A DNA stretch of 64,000 bases from Auanema rhodensis (lineage: Eukaryota; Animalia; Nematoda): assembly GCA_964057225.1 (NCBI GenBank), contig OZ059894.1, positions 17,732,001-17,796,000 of the forward strand. The letters run 5' to 3'. Below the pieces are notes generated by a model. It made no database searches. It saw only the letters and a program-made list of their open reading frames with translations, and was not told the origin of the DNA. Positions 36,400 through 48,234 of the stretch are shown here, in pieces. Position numbers and translations under genes: made by a program. Numbering within the stretch: position 1 is the first letter of the stretch; each line of letters opens with the position of its first letter.

Positions 36400-39300
36400 T
36401 CATACATGTACAGATCGCTTTGAAAACCCTGCGTCCAAGGCCGAAGGAGGAGCAATAAGGCCCAAACTATCAAGACCAAGTTTGCTCATCTCCGATTTGA
36501 TCATTCGCTCTAATTCGTATCCTAATTTTATCTTAAAAAGGTCATAAATTAGAAAAAACTTCTATCTATATATAGCGTACCTGATTAGCAAGAAAGGCCG
36601 ACAATGCAATCCAGGCTTCAGCTGTTATAGGACAAAGACTCTGGAAAAAAAAACAATGAAGTGAAATAATTAAGTAAAAGTAGAAGAAACGTAGTTTTCT
36701 TTTTTTGAAATTAATTGGAATAACAAGTATAGAATATGTCGGATTTTGTATAGTTTTTAAAAATACCTTATGGTCTCGGCAGTTCAGAGAAGCACAAGAG
36801 TTACAGGATTTCTGGGGTGAGCAGCAGCTTCCAGATGTGGAATGCTCTGAATGATTATGGTGATGATGATGATGGTGATGGTGATGATGATGATTCTGCT
36901 GCTGTTGATGTTGATGGCGATGATGTTGTTCATGTTCTTGCTTGGTTTCTTCAAGCAAAGTTTCCATTTGACTTTCACTATTTCGACTAACAATCGTTCG
37001 TTCGTGAGAAATCATATCACTACTCGATGCACATAATCTCTGTAATCGAACCATTAATTTATCGAGAAAACTATTTTCTTCAACACAATCAGGGTGTTAA
37101 TACTCGACTTAGAACTTACCAACGAAGATTTTTCAGAATCCAAGCCACTTGTAGAATTGTCTCCCACATCTAGACGACATTGTGTCTTCTATAATGAATC
37201 GAAATCAGCTTTTGATGACATTTGTACCGAATTTCTAATATTTGCAGTTCAAACAAATAACCTTTTTTCCAACATCTGACAAATATCTCACCTCTATTTC
37301 CAAATGATCAGCTTCTTGTAGGTTTGCTGCTGCCCTATTCAATGAGTTTGCTAGACGCTCGAAGTAGAGAGCAGATACACGTTTTGAGTTTGTTGCATAT
37401 GATGCTCCAAAATCCCTTGAAAGCATATGATTTAGTATGAATTTGCTTTTTTTGGTGAAAACCTTAGTACATCACACGCAGCTGATGGATCTCGTAGCCG
37501 TCTCATACATTCAACCAAAGCTGTATTGAATCTCTAGAACATAACAAGAATTATAAATGTAAAAAAACAAACAAAAAGCCAAAACAGTTTGGTTTAGAGT
37601 CAATAATTCTTTCCATGAACTTTAAATTTTTAATTTATAACAGAAAAAGTTGTTATAAGTTTGTATTTTCATATACTTCCTTGTTCATATGTGTTATGTT
37701 TATATATTTAAATATTCGAGCATTTTGAACTTTTTATCAAATGCGTTCATATAAGTTGAAAGTATTCTTTAACTTCCTCCCTCTCATTCATGCCGTGATA
37801 TGTAGCTAAAATCAGATCCCATGGGATTGTGCTACTTGATTTATGCTTTGCTCACTGTTTTGTCTTAAATTCCCATTCTTTTTCTTTTTTTCCTCTGATC
37901 TGTATGTTTTTATGACCACAAGCAATGAATGCATTCAATAGTTATTGACCTCAGATAATTTCGTGAAGCTCATGAACTAAGCTTTAAAGGCACAAAATAT
38001 GGAAACAAACGACTTTTTATAAGAATATTTTTCAACTTGAAGACATGTATATGTTACAATTTTCAAGAAAAAAAAATTGAAAAATTTGAGTATTTTTTTG
38101 TTTAAAACATGATCAATAAGATAGCCAATTTTGTTCAATTCAAATATTTCATTTAAATATAATTCTATAGTTGCTAAAGTTTTGCAAAGCAGAAACTTGA
38201 AATAACAGAGCAGCAGGTCAAATGTTTAGAAAACCTCCTACGTTTTTCTATTTTGAACAAAACAGACGAAAAAAAAGCAAAATACTATGATGATAAGATT
38301 GTGGTTAACAAAGATCAACGGATTCTTCATCTCTTGTTTTTGAATCATTATGAAAATATTTCGTTGTCCTCCTACATCGTTTACAATATGCCTTGAGGGC
38401 GTTTATAGATAATGAAGCCAGATTAGAAAAATATGCAACAATTCTGTGTATGCCAGTTAGTCATGTTCCGAATACAACCGTTTCCACTCGCATCCGTTAT
38501 GTAAAAATGGCGAACGGGGAAAAGAAAGTGTCTTTCACGTAACGTCAAAGTCATGTAACATTTGAATATTCAAATATTTTTTTGGCATATAAACTACGAT
38601 AACTATATTTGAAAGTATAAACAAAATATTTTATAGTTATAAGAGCTTATAATCAATTTTCATGACAAAAAAACATAAAGTTTGAAAGTTGTTAATGTTA
38701 CTACGTTAACCCATTTTGAAAGATTAACGACTAGCTTTTTGTCAAATTTCAAAGAAAAAAAACATTTGTTTAAAATACCTGAACGTGAATTTTGAAGTTG
38801 ATATGATTCATCCAGTTCGGTTCATCCTTGAGATCAATATAGGATAGATATTGTGGATTTTCTTGGAAGACCGTTTCAAACATTAGTCGTCCAATTTCAT
38901 AGACAGTACCTAAATATGGTAAAACATATTAATTATTCTTTAATATATAATTATAATTTTATTAATTTTAAAATGTTTTTTAATCAGTTTTTAAATATAA
39001 AGTTGACAACCTCGATCCATTCGATTCCATTTTCGAGTAAGCAAAGCTTTTTGATGTAACGTCAAGCCCGTTGTCATACAAACAGCTTTGCGCGATGCTC
39101 TGCAAAAATGAAAATCTTTCAGTTCGTTTAGAAGTAGAAAGTGAAGTGAAACTTAAAAATAATATTTTAATCTCAAAGATCTATAGAAATTAAATAAATG
39201 TTTAAGAAAATGAATGATGTATTACCTATCTCTAACTCGGCATGTTTTAGAGCGTCGGAATGGTTCACCTGGTCCTGTCTGTTCATTTCGTCTAAAAAAA

Positions 39301-39972
39301 CAGAATTTTCAACTGTTATTAATTAATTTTTTTATTATTTAAATGTTAAAAGTATAAATCATTGACATCATGTTGTTATCTATTGAATAACAAATTATAA
39401 GTTGTTTGATTGCATGTTACATATCTTTAAATCAGTTTTTAATCTTAAGTTTAACTTTCAATTTTCGTTTGTAACATGTTTGAAGAAACGAAAATGATTA
39501 CTCATAAGTTCACCATATCATGTTACATACTTTACAGAGGATACGGTACATGAGGTGATCGGATGATATCATCTAGGGTCAAATCTTCAGTTTTTTCTTG
39601 AATTCTCATCACGTGATTTGTGGTTTATGATCTCAATGCAAAAATGACAAGCATTTGTCAGATATAACCAAAGAAAATCCTTTTTTCACCATCTTGATCT
39701 CAAACTTTCGAATGTACAAGCTCTCTGTCAAACACATGGAAACACGTGTCATCTGAGCGATTGTAATTGATTAAGAGAAGTAATGCAGCATTTTTGAAAT
39801 TCTTTACACTCGCCGAAATTAATGAAAACTTGTGAGAAGAAACTTTAAAATGTCACCTTGTTGAGCCACTTCGTCGTGATAATATAGGAGATTGTGAATG
39901 ATTTCGACGAGGAGGTGTTTTCATGGATCCCGATCGTGAGATTGAGGAATCGACGGATTCAGAATTTCCCAT
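36400..39972 (-). CDS. Nematode globin-domain protein (glb family) with N-myristoylation motif and long GH-loop insertion
   Basis: MGNSES N-terminus; A helix LTLHQKALLTRKWNRM; B/C EIGRLMFETVFQENPQYL; E FKIHVQRFNTAL; F LRDFGASY; G YFERLANSL; H AEAWIALSAFLANQIKLGY. Confidence 0.85.
36852..36935 (-). repeat. Coding His/Gln trinucleotide repeat (HEQHHRHQHQQQQNHHHHHHHHHHHHNH)
   Basis: (CAT/CAC/CAG)n on the minus strand, in frame in the globin insert exon. Confidence 0.9.
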
Positions 39973-42018
39973 ATTTAGTTGGGTTTGAAGAATACACAAT
40001 GAGATAAATACAGAATGAGTCGTGGCCTACTCTATGTGGAGCTGAAAAGAGAAACGAATAACTTTATGATGATGAACTGACGATGAACGATGCGAATGAT
40101 AACAGGAGAAGACTGAGCTGTGGTAAACGAGAATTTTAACTTGAAGAATAAGAGTTCAGAGAAGAAGCTATAGAAAAGAGAAACAAAGAGCAATAATAAG
40201 AAAATGATAAAACTGTGTTGTTAGCGGAGGACATTTCGCGATGAAGGCTATGTTTCTGAAATTCCGGGAGGTCAAGATATCCATATTATGAAATTATTCC
40301 CTTAGGACATTTCATTCCGACATTTCGTTGCTGACAAAATATGGTTTCGAAAAAGAGCATCACGTCGATAAGCTGAACACAGAGTATGAGAGAAAAATCT
40401 GGATTGGTGACGGGATTGCCACATAGAACTAAGAAAATCTTACACACCCTCCTCTTGTGGCTCAGTCCTAGTGTGGCATGCTTGCAGGGAATCCGTCGGG
40501 ATTACTTCGGAAAACAACAAGTTTTTCTCTGTATCTCTCTGTTTCAAAACGTAAAAGAAATGTTCGGCTGGTTTACTTAGTAATGTTTTTGGACTAGAAA
40601 AGAGCGCAAAGAGAAACAAAAAGGATAATTAGGAGAATAGAATAAAGAAAAAGCTTGAGCAACAATGGTGATGACGACGGCACAGATTAAATCTGTGAAT
40701 TAAAGTATCTAATGAAATAGAGAATTAAATAAAAGTTGTTGGAATTGGTTGAAAGCATGTGTGTTTATTAAATTAAAAAAACTTTGAATGTATACTAGAT
40801 ATCTCATAATATCTAATAATTTAGAATAATTTAAAGGAGAAATATGTGAACTCATTATCACAGTTTGAGAGAAAGAGTGAGGGAAAGGTGGGAGATCACA
40901 ACATGAATGCAAGAGAAAACAATGAAATGAAATGAAGGTGGATAACGTGAGAGAGAGAGAACAAGGGGCTGTAAAAACCAGAAGGAAGAAAAATAGAAAA
41001 GAATGAGCAAGCTAACCTTCGTTGCTCCCCCCCCCCACCTCGGGTCCAGGCAAGTGGCACGATGATGACAGGTGAAGCAGCTGTTATGAAAACGAAAAAA
41101 AACTATGCAAGATCATATTGCGGACATGTCTGACTTGGATTTATCTGTTCCCTCTCTCTCTTCATTTCTCTCTATCCCTCTCTCTTCATTCCTTACTTTC
41201 CATTTCTCTCCATTTCTTTTGTAATCTCTACCTCTGATACTCACTTCATGTATCTCTCTACCTATGAACGAATGATCTCACCCTTTTGCTCTTTCTCCAG
41301 TTTCAATTTCAAACTGTTCCGTCCGTTCAAGCATTCATTTTGAACACAAACTTTTTCTTTGTAGAACAAGAGAAATTACAAAAAAAAGATTATAAGTAAC
41401 TGCTCAGAAGCTAAACAACAATTTTTATTTTTTTTTTAATAAAAAAAATATGAAACTATATATACATACATACATCGTCATGTTTTCTTTTAAAATTATG
41501 TACTTTTTAGATGATTGTGAAACAAAAAAAATTAAAATTAGACATATGACAAGAAAGGGAAAATCATACTTGTCACTGTCAGTTTTACTAAATGTATGAA
41601 AATAAATAAAAATTTTTAAAAACACTTTGAAGAAGGGTTATGAATAGTGAAAACAATATAGCTTAAACTATTATATATGTATATACTATATGTATACATA
41701 CATACATGTATTTCTTTATCTTTTCTTCTTTTTTTTTACTTTTTTGTACTCAAGTTTACAATTAAAGTTCAAAGTTTCAATTATGATTTTACATGTTTGT
41801 TAGATTAGATGTAATTTATTTGATCGTTATAACATCTTAATGAATGAATAATACAAACTATAATAGCAAAATTAACCATATGAAAGAAAAATTTGTATTT
41901 TCTCAAGGTTATAAATCAGAATGTACTAAATTAAGAAATAAAAATGATAGTTATCTTAAATGTCCTTGAATGAATATGCTTGATTAAGTTTGTTAAAGTT
42001 TCTTTGAATAAAAATTAA

Positions 42019-42699
42019 AAATTAAAATGTTTTACTTTCACATTGTGATTGAACTTTCTTTTTAAACTTCTGTACAAATAGCTTCCCTTGGGTGACCTTT
42101 CAGACCAATAACGAGTTCAAGAAGACTAACACAATTCTTCCAGATAATACTTTCTATCAGCTCTTCTTTTCCTCTTTTTCACTATTTTTTTCCTTTTCCA
42201 GCAATTTTATGAGTAAAAGCTCGATAAATCTCCCGAGATTGTCTAGTCCAACCTACAGAAATATGTGAGGATATCTTCACTTCCTTAGATTTCAAAGTCT
42301 GCATTCTAGCAGAATTCTAAGAGTCTAAAGCTTTACTTTGCACTTCTCATTGATATTGCGGAAGTATTTTATCAAATATTAGAACTATAAACGCTAAGAC
42401 ACCTTACACCCTATTCAGCAAATCCAGCATTTCAAGCATTTTTCCAAATCAAAATGATAATTTTCCTCAGTTTAAGCATTTTTTAATTTTGAGGTGTTTA
42501 GGATGACAGAGAGTTTAAAACATTTTTCACCCAAAATAGAGTATTTTCCATCAATTTTTGTTTTTTTATGTGTTTTCATTTAATTATTGTTCTAATATTA
42601 TTTTAATTTGCTCAATTTGCTCTTAAAAAGTTCAAAATTTCAGGATTTCAACGATTGTCTCATATACGAGTCATCATTTGTGCTTTACTTTAGATGTCA
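42019..42699 (+). repeat. Left long inverted repeat arm
   Basis: AAATTAAAATGTTTTACTTTCACATTGTG ... CATCATTTGTGCTTTACTTTAG, matching the right arm in reverse complement. Confidence 0.95.
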
Positions 42700-43830
42700 A
42701 TTTATGCTGATTTTGAATGCAACAATAAAAAAATCTCGAGAAGAAATATATTGAGTTTAAAAGGAGAAAAGAGAACCAAAAATATGACAAAGCATATTCC
42801 ATCAAGATATATGTATGATTGTAGTTGATTCTTCTACTAAACTAATTTATGAAGTTCTATATAGGTCCTGGTGAAGATCCATAATTGAACACTTAAAGAA
42901 CAGGAAATTATAGACTTTAAAAATTGAATGAAATGTCTCATTTGTGATGTTAGTTTTGAATAATTCAAAGAACATAAGAATTCAAAATGATGAGAAATAA
43001 AGGTGTCAAGAAGAGAATTGAAATTCAAAAATATGAAAGATTATACACTCATTTACATGATCAATGATGTACTTCTATCTAGAATAAGAGATGAGATGGT
43101 TAATGATGTTAAAAGATATATAAAAGCTGATAATAAGTATATTCACTATGAAAAAACAAAAAAAATCCATTAAGGTCTATAGGATGGAATCAAGAAATTG
43201 TGTAATACTTTAGATGATAAAAAGAAATATATTATTCACCACAGAAACTTATTGAAATGTTTAGAACTAAGAATGAAAATCAGTAAGATTCATCGTGTAA
43301 TTACTTTCAAAAGGAAGTGAATATATCAATCTAAATACGAATCTTCTTCGAAAACAAGCTAAAAATGATTTTGAAAAAGATTTCTCTCAAGTTAATGAAT
43401 AACTGAGATATCGGAAAAACTATTGAAGATATTAGAGGTCGAGTTGATATTAGAATTATTTTAGGAGCAAATGATTCAACTATTCAGAGAATATTATGAT
43501 CTTAAACCTAATTATAATAGAAGTATTACTATTAATGATGAACAACTTGTTCTTGTAGAAATAGAGAAGACTAAGTTTTCATCATTCTAAATCTTAATAA
43601 GTATTTGATATAAAGAAATATGGATATTGAAGATTAAAACTAGTCGTTTATTAAGATACTGATTTTCTTATACTAAACATATTCTTGTGGATTAATCATT
43701 GAGAAATTATTTCAATTTGAACAGAGAATATCCAGAAAATCATCCTTTGTATAATAAAAAAAAAATAAAAAAGTTGTAGAAATGTTCAAAGAAGAATCTA
43801 AAGGTTTGATTATGACTGAAATAAACCAAA
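42700..43830 (+). pseudogene. Internally deleted, frameshifted protein-primed family-B DNA polymerase (Maverick/Polinton type)
   Basis: Motif remnants in order: IYADFEC (ExoI), KHIPS, CLICDVSF, KRYIKADNKY, KKYIIHHRNLLKCLELRMKISKIHRVITF, RKQAKNDFEKDF..KLMNN..GKTIEDIRGRVDIRII (motif B), DTDF (motif C remnant), NKKVVEMFKEE. Many stops and frameshifts. Confidence 0.85.
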
Positions 43831-43979
43831 ACAATACGATTATAAAACTTTTGATGATGAAAAGCTTAAGAAAAACGAAGAAATCAAGAAAGGACAGTCT
43901 CTTAAAAAAAATAATTGTAAGAAAAAAACAATATTGTATTCTTGAGTTTCTAAAGATATGAAAGAACAACTTTCTGGAA

Positions 43980-44353
43980 ATCTGATGTTTTCAATAACTT
44001 TAGTAAAAATAAGTAATAATAACCACAATGATTAGTTCCGAATTTTTAAATTTGAAATGTGGAGAGTTGTATTTTATCTTTCTCTTTTGAAGTTTTCAAA
44101 TACTATTGAAGTTCTAATGGTGGATCTAATCCAAATGAGTCGAAGTAACAACACTCCTTACTCTTCTTGGAATAACATACCCAATGAGTACCTTACTCGA
44201 GTGTAAATTCACAATACCTACTTTACTTGAATGTATTTTATTTGGTAAAGTGTCACGCATGAAGATGCCTTGGAAATATTTTATATTGAACTCACTCCCA
44301 AGCTCTTGTAGGTCAAGATTTGTCAAAGGCTTTAGATCTCCATTGAATATCAT
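43980..44353 (-). pseudogene. Adenain-type (Maverick/adenovirus-like) cysteine maturation protease, disrupted
   Basis: KPLTNLDLQELGSEFNIKYFQGIFMRDTLP...GIVNLHSS, frameshift, then THWVCYSKK..CYFDSFGLDPPLELQ*YL...FQI*KFGTNHCGYY. The His/Asp/Cys triad is recognisable; one frameshift and two stops. Confidence 0.85.
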
Positions 44354-44380
44354 TTAAGATTTTAAGATTATTTTCATTTA

Positions 44381-45061
44381 TGATACCTAAAGTAAAGCAC
44401 AAATGATGATTCGTATATGAGACAATCGTTGAAATCCTGAAATTTTGAACTTTTTAAGAGCAAATTGAGCAAATTAAAATAATATTAGAACAATAATTAA
44501 ATGAAAACACATAAAAAAACAAAAATTGATGGAAAATACTCTATTTTGGGTGAAAAATGTTTTAAACTCTCTGTCATCCTAAGCACCTCAAAATTAAAAA
44601 ATGCTTAAACTGAGGAAAATTATCATTTTGATTTGGAAAAATGCTTGAAATGCTGGATTTGCTGAATAGGGTGTAAGGTGTCTTAGCGTTTATAGTTCTA
44701 ATATTTGATAAAATACTTCCGCAATATCAATGAGAAGTGCAAAGTAAAGCTTTAGACTCTTAGAATTCTGCTAGAATGCAGACTTTGAAATCTAAGGAAG
44801 TGAAGATATCCTCACATATTTCTGTAGGTTGGACTAGACAATCTCGGGAGATTTATCGAGCTTTTACTCATAAAATTGCTGGAAAAGGAAAAAAATAGTG
44901 AAAAAGAGGAAAAGAAGAGCTGATAGAAAGTATTATCTGGAAGAATTGTGTTAGTCTTCTTGAACTCGTTATTGGTCTGAAAGGTCACCCAAGGGAAGCT
45001 ATTTGTACAGAAGTTTAAAAAGAAAGTTCAATCACAATGTGAAAGTAAAACATTTTAATTT
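44381..45061 (-). repeat. Right long inverted repeat arm
   Basis: Reverse complement of 42019-42699. Confidence 0.95.
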
Positions 45062-45365
45062 ATCCTTATTTGAAAGTAGAAATGATGAAAACAATTATAA
45101 ATAATAGAATATGAAACAAGAAGAGATCATAATGAACTTCAAACATGTATAGTTTATGGTAAAACTATAAATAATTTAAAGGAAAATATTTTTTAAAAGA
45201 GTTTGGAATAATATGAAACATACCTTTTAATATTTTATTCAAATTTAATTTTTATTTTCGTTTCAAAGCTTAAACATATTTTCCAGATGAGTTGGTTTTG
45301 AAGCAATTTTCCGATAAAATCGTTTGACTTTTGACTTCAACTCACATATATAGTAATATATTAAA

Positions 45366-47708
45366 ATGGAATCAATACAACATGAAGTTGCACATCTTCA
45401 GGTATTCTTAAATTAATTTTTTTAAAATTAAAATAAAAATATTTTTGTATATAGTTTATATAAATTATTTTATTGTTTTATAAAAAATTTTATAACATAA
45501 TAAGGTAAAAATGATAAAATATGAATATTGTGAAAGAGAATTTTCTAGAAAATCTTGGAAGATACTTGAGAACATAGAATAAACTTTAAAAGATTCCACT
45601 TTTTCAACCAACTTATATTTAAAATTGAATTTGTAGATGACCAGTTTGAGGTCCGAGATAATCAGATTTCTAAAGTTTACGAAAGAAGAATCGAATAATC
45701 ATTTTTATTTTTCAATGAAAATTTACTTTAAAAATCTATTTTTTGAAACTTTCCGTTGTTTTTTTTAAAAAAATTTCCAAAAAGGAAGATATTCAATAGC
45801 ATTGGTCGGATTTTATGAATTTTATGACCATATCTCCAATAAAAAAAGGTTTCTTTATTTGAGGAAAAAGGGAAAAAAGAGATTTTTTTTCAAAAATTTA
45901 AAAACACGAAACCATTTGGAAAAATAATCTTTCATTCAGTAAATCTTCTTTTCTAGGATCGTATAGCTGTGCTCATAGTTGAAAATGAAGAAATTTCTCA
46001 TAGATTAGAAAGCTTTACACTTAATTCTAATGAAATTATTAATTATTTGAAGAAAAAAGTAGAAGATCAGGACGATGATGTGAGTTATAAGTATAATTTT
46101 TATATAATTTTTATAATTTAATAGATAGCACGATTAGAAGAAACAATGGATTATCGAGAAAGTCAAATACGTAATCGTTATGAAATGGAAGCTAATAGGC
46201 TTAAAGATGAACAAGAAAAATGGGAAAAAGAAAAATTAGATCTAATAGCTCAAGTTGCCATCATAAGTATATTATTCTTTATATTTATTATAAAATATAA
46301 TCATGAGCAACTTGATTTTTAAAACTTTTTTATACACTAATATGTGGTAAAGTTGTAGAAAATATATGCATTTCCATATCTCAGAAACGCAATTGGGCTT
46401 ACATCAACGAATGTGCTTCGAACTGGCGGAACTGACAGAAAAAAACAATCAACTGAAATTGTCTTTAAACCGAAAGGTTAATAATAATAATTTTTGAAAA
46501 GGAAAAAAATAAAAAAAAGATTTTTAGATTGAGGACATTGAAAAACAGAAAGCGGATTTTGAAATAGAACGAAAGCGAATGAAAGATATGTATGTAATAT
46601 AAGGATAACAAATATTTTTGGAAAAAAAAAACAGAAAAAATAAATAAATTTTTAGATTTTAATCAAATTCCTTTATAATTTGAATTATATAGATTACGAA
46701 TAGAAATGAGAAATAATTTGATGATAGAGATGGAAGATATGAGATCAGAACTTGAGCTACAAAAGGAAACTGCAATTAAAACAAATAGAAAAGTAAGAAA
46801 AGTTCTATTTCAAAGAAATTCATCTAGATTTACAGATTATTGAAAAACTTGAAGAGCATATAGCTGAGAAAAGCCTTCAATTTCAAGCCATTGAAGAGAA
46901 GAAAAGCCAATTACAGGAAATAATAAAAGACCGAGAAGACAGAAATAATATTCTGGTCGAAGAAAATACAAAAATCAGAAAATTATTAGAAAAATCCGGA
47001 AAATCAGTTGAGAAATTAATCAACTTAATAGCTTGATTGTGAGACTTTAGGCTGAGAAACAACTCCGAGATGCTCATCGACAAGCTGAAGATGCGGAAAA
47101 ACGAAGATTGCGGGCTATTCAGGAATCGAAAGAGATAATAAATCAGCTCAAATCTGAGGTAATAGCCTCTTGGGAACTTGAAATCAGGATAAATTTCCCA
47201 AAAAAATTAAGATTGAAGAAAATTTGAAAATTGAAATTCAAACACATATTTTGCATTTCCATTAAAGTTAAAATATTCAAGATGTTTAGCTGAACAAGTT
47301 ATATCAATATCTTCTTTTGACGTCATTTGGTTTGAAGGAAAAAAAAGATGAAAATATTGTGAGAATTGAAGAAAAATAGAAATGTATATGTTTTTCAGAT
47401 AAAAGAACTAGAAGAAAAATTTATAAAAAAGACAAAACTTTGTGAATCATATGAGAAAGTTGTTTTAAAAGAACAGGTAATTATATATAATATTTATAAA
47501 TTGTTTATAAATTTTATTACAGAGTCGTCGAGAAGCTATACTACTTGCACATGCTTCTCAGAATGAAAAACTTAAACAATTGAAAGAATTTCTTTTAATT
47601 TGTTTAAAGGATCAAAATAATCCTAGTGATGATGTAATTGGAGAAGATCGTCATGCTATATTTTCCAAATTATCTCTTATTATCAGTCAAATACCTATAG
47701 TAAAATAA
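45366..47708 (+). CDS. Coiled-coil protein resembling CFAP157/DUF4515 cilia-associated proteins, multi-exon
   Basis: Exons join into a continuous E/K-rich coil. NEIINYLKKKVEDQDDDIARLEE resembles my recollection of CFAP157 [21 protein letters not shown]. The gene is well supported; the family call is tentative. Confidence 0.6.
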
Positions 47709-48234
47709 TTTAAATCTATATATACTATATATATACATAATGATGAATTAGTGTAGAATTAGAACTAATGAAATCACATTAGCAGCGGAATCGCTTTTTT
47801 CTTAATTTTCTGTTTTTATAGGATTAAGCATTACTTGCATTGCGTTAAAATGACCTATCCAATTTTGTTAATGATTAAAGATTAAAGTTATTATTGATTA
47901 TAATAAAATGAATTAAAAGTCTAATTGTTTATTAAAAACAAAAAATATCACAGACAAATGTTAAATAATAATTACAAACAAGCACTTAAAAAAGCACTTC
48001 AGGAAATATTATGAGGCCGTTTCTGGAAATTAAAATGAACTGATGAGGAAAACGTTCAACCAGAGAACTATGATATGAAATTTACACGAATCCATTTCAG
48101 GAAAACCGGTCAATAAAATTTTTAAACATTTTTAGTAGTATTAGAAAGTGAAAATATGACTAGAATAAAAAAATTGCTTTAAATGTATGAGCAGGAAGGA
48201 TTTCCAAATTATGCTAATCCTTATTAAATTTATT

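Larger units (their letters stand above)
42019..45061. mobile_element. Non-autonomous Maverick/Polinton-derived foldback element (~3.04 kb) with 681-bp inverted arms
   Basis: 42019-42699 is the reverse complement of 44381-45061 with only a few mismatches; the interior carries decayed pPolB and adenain-protease sequence. Confidence 0.85.
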
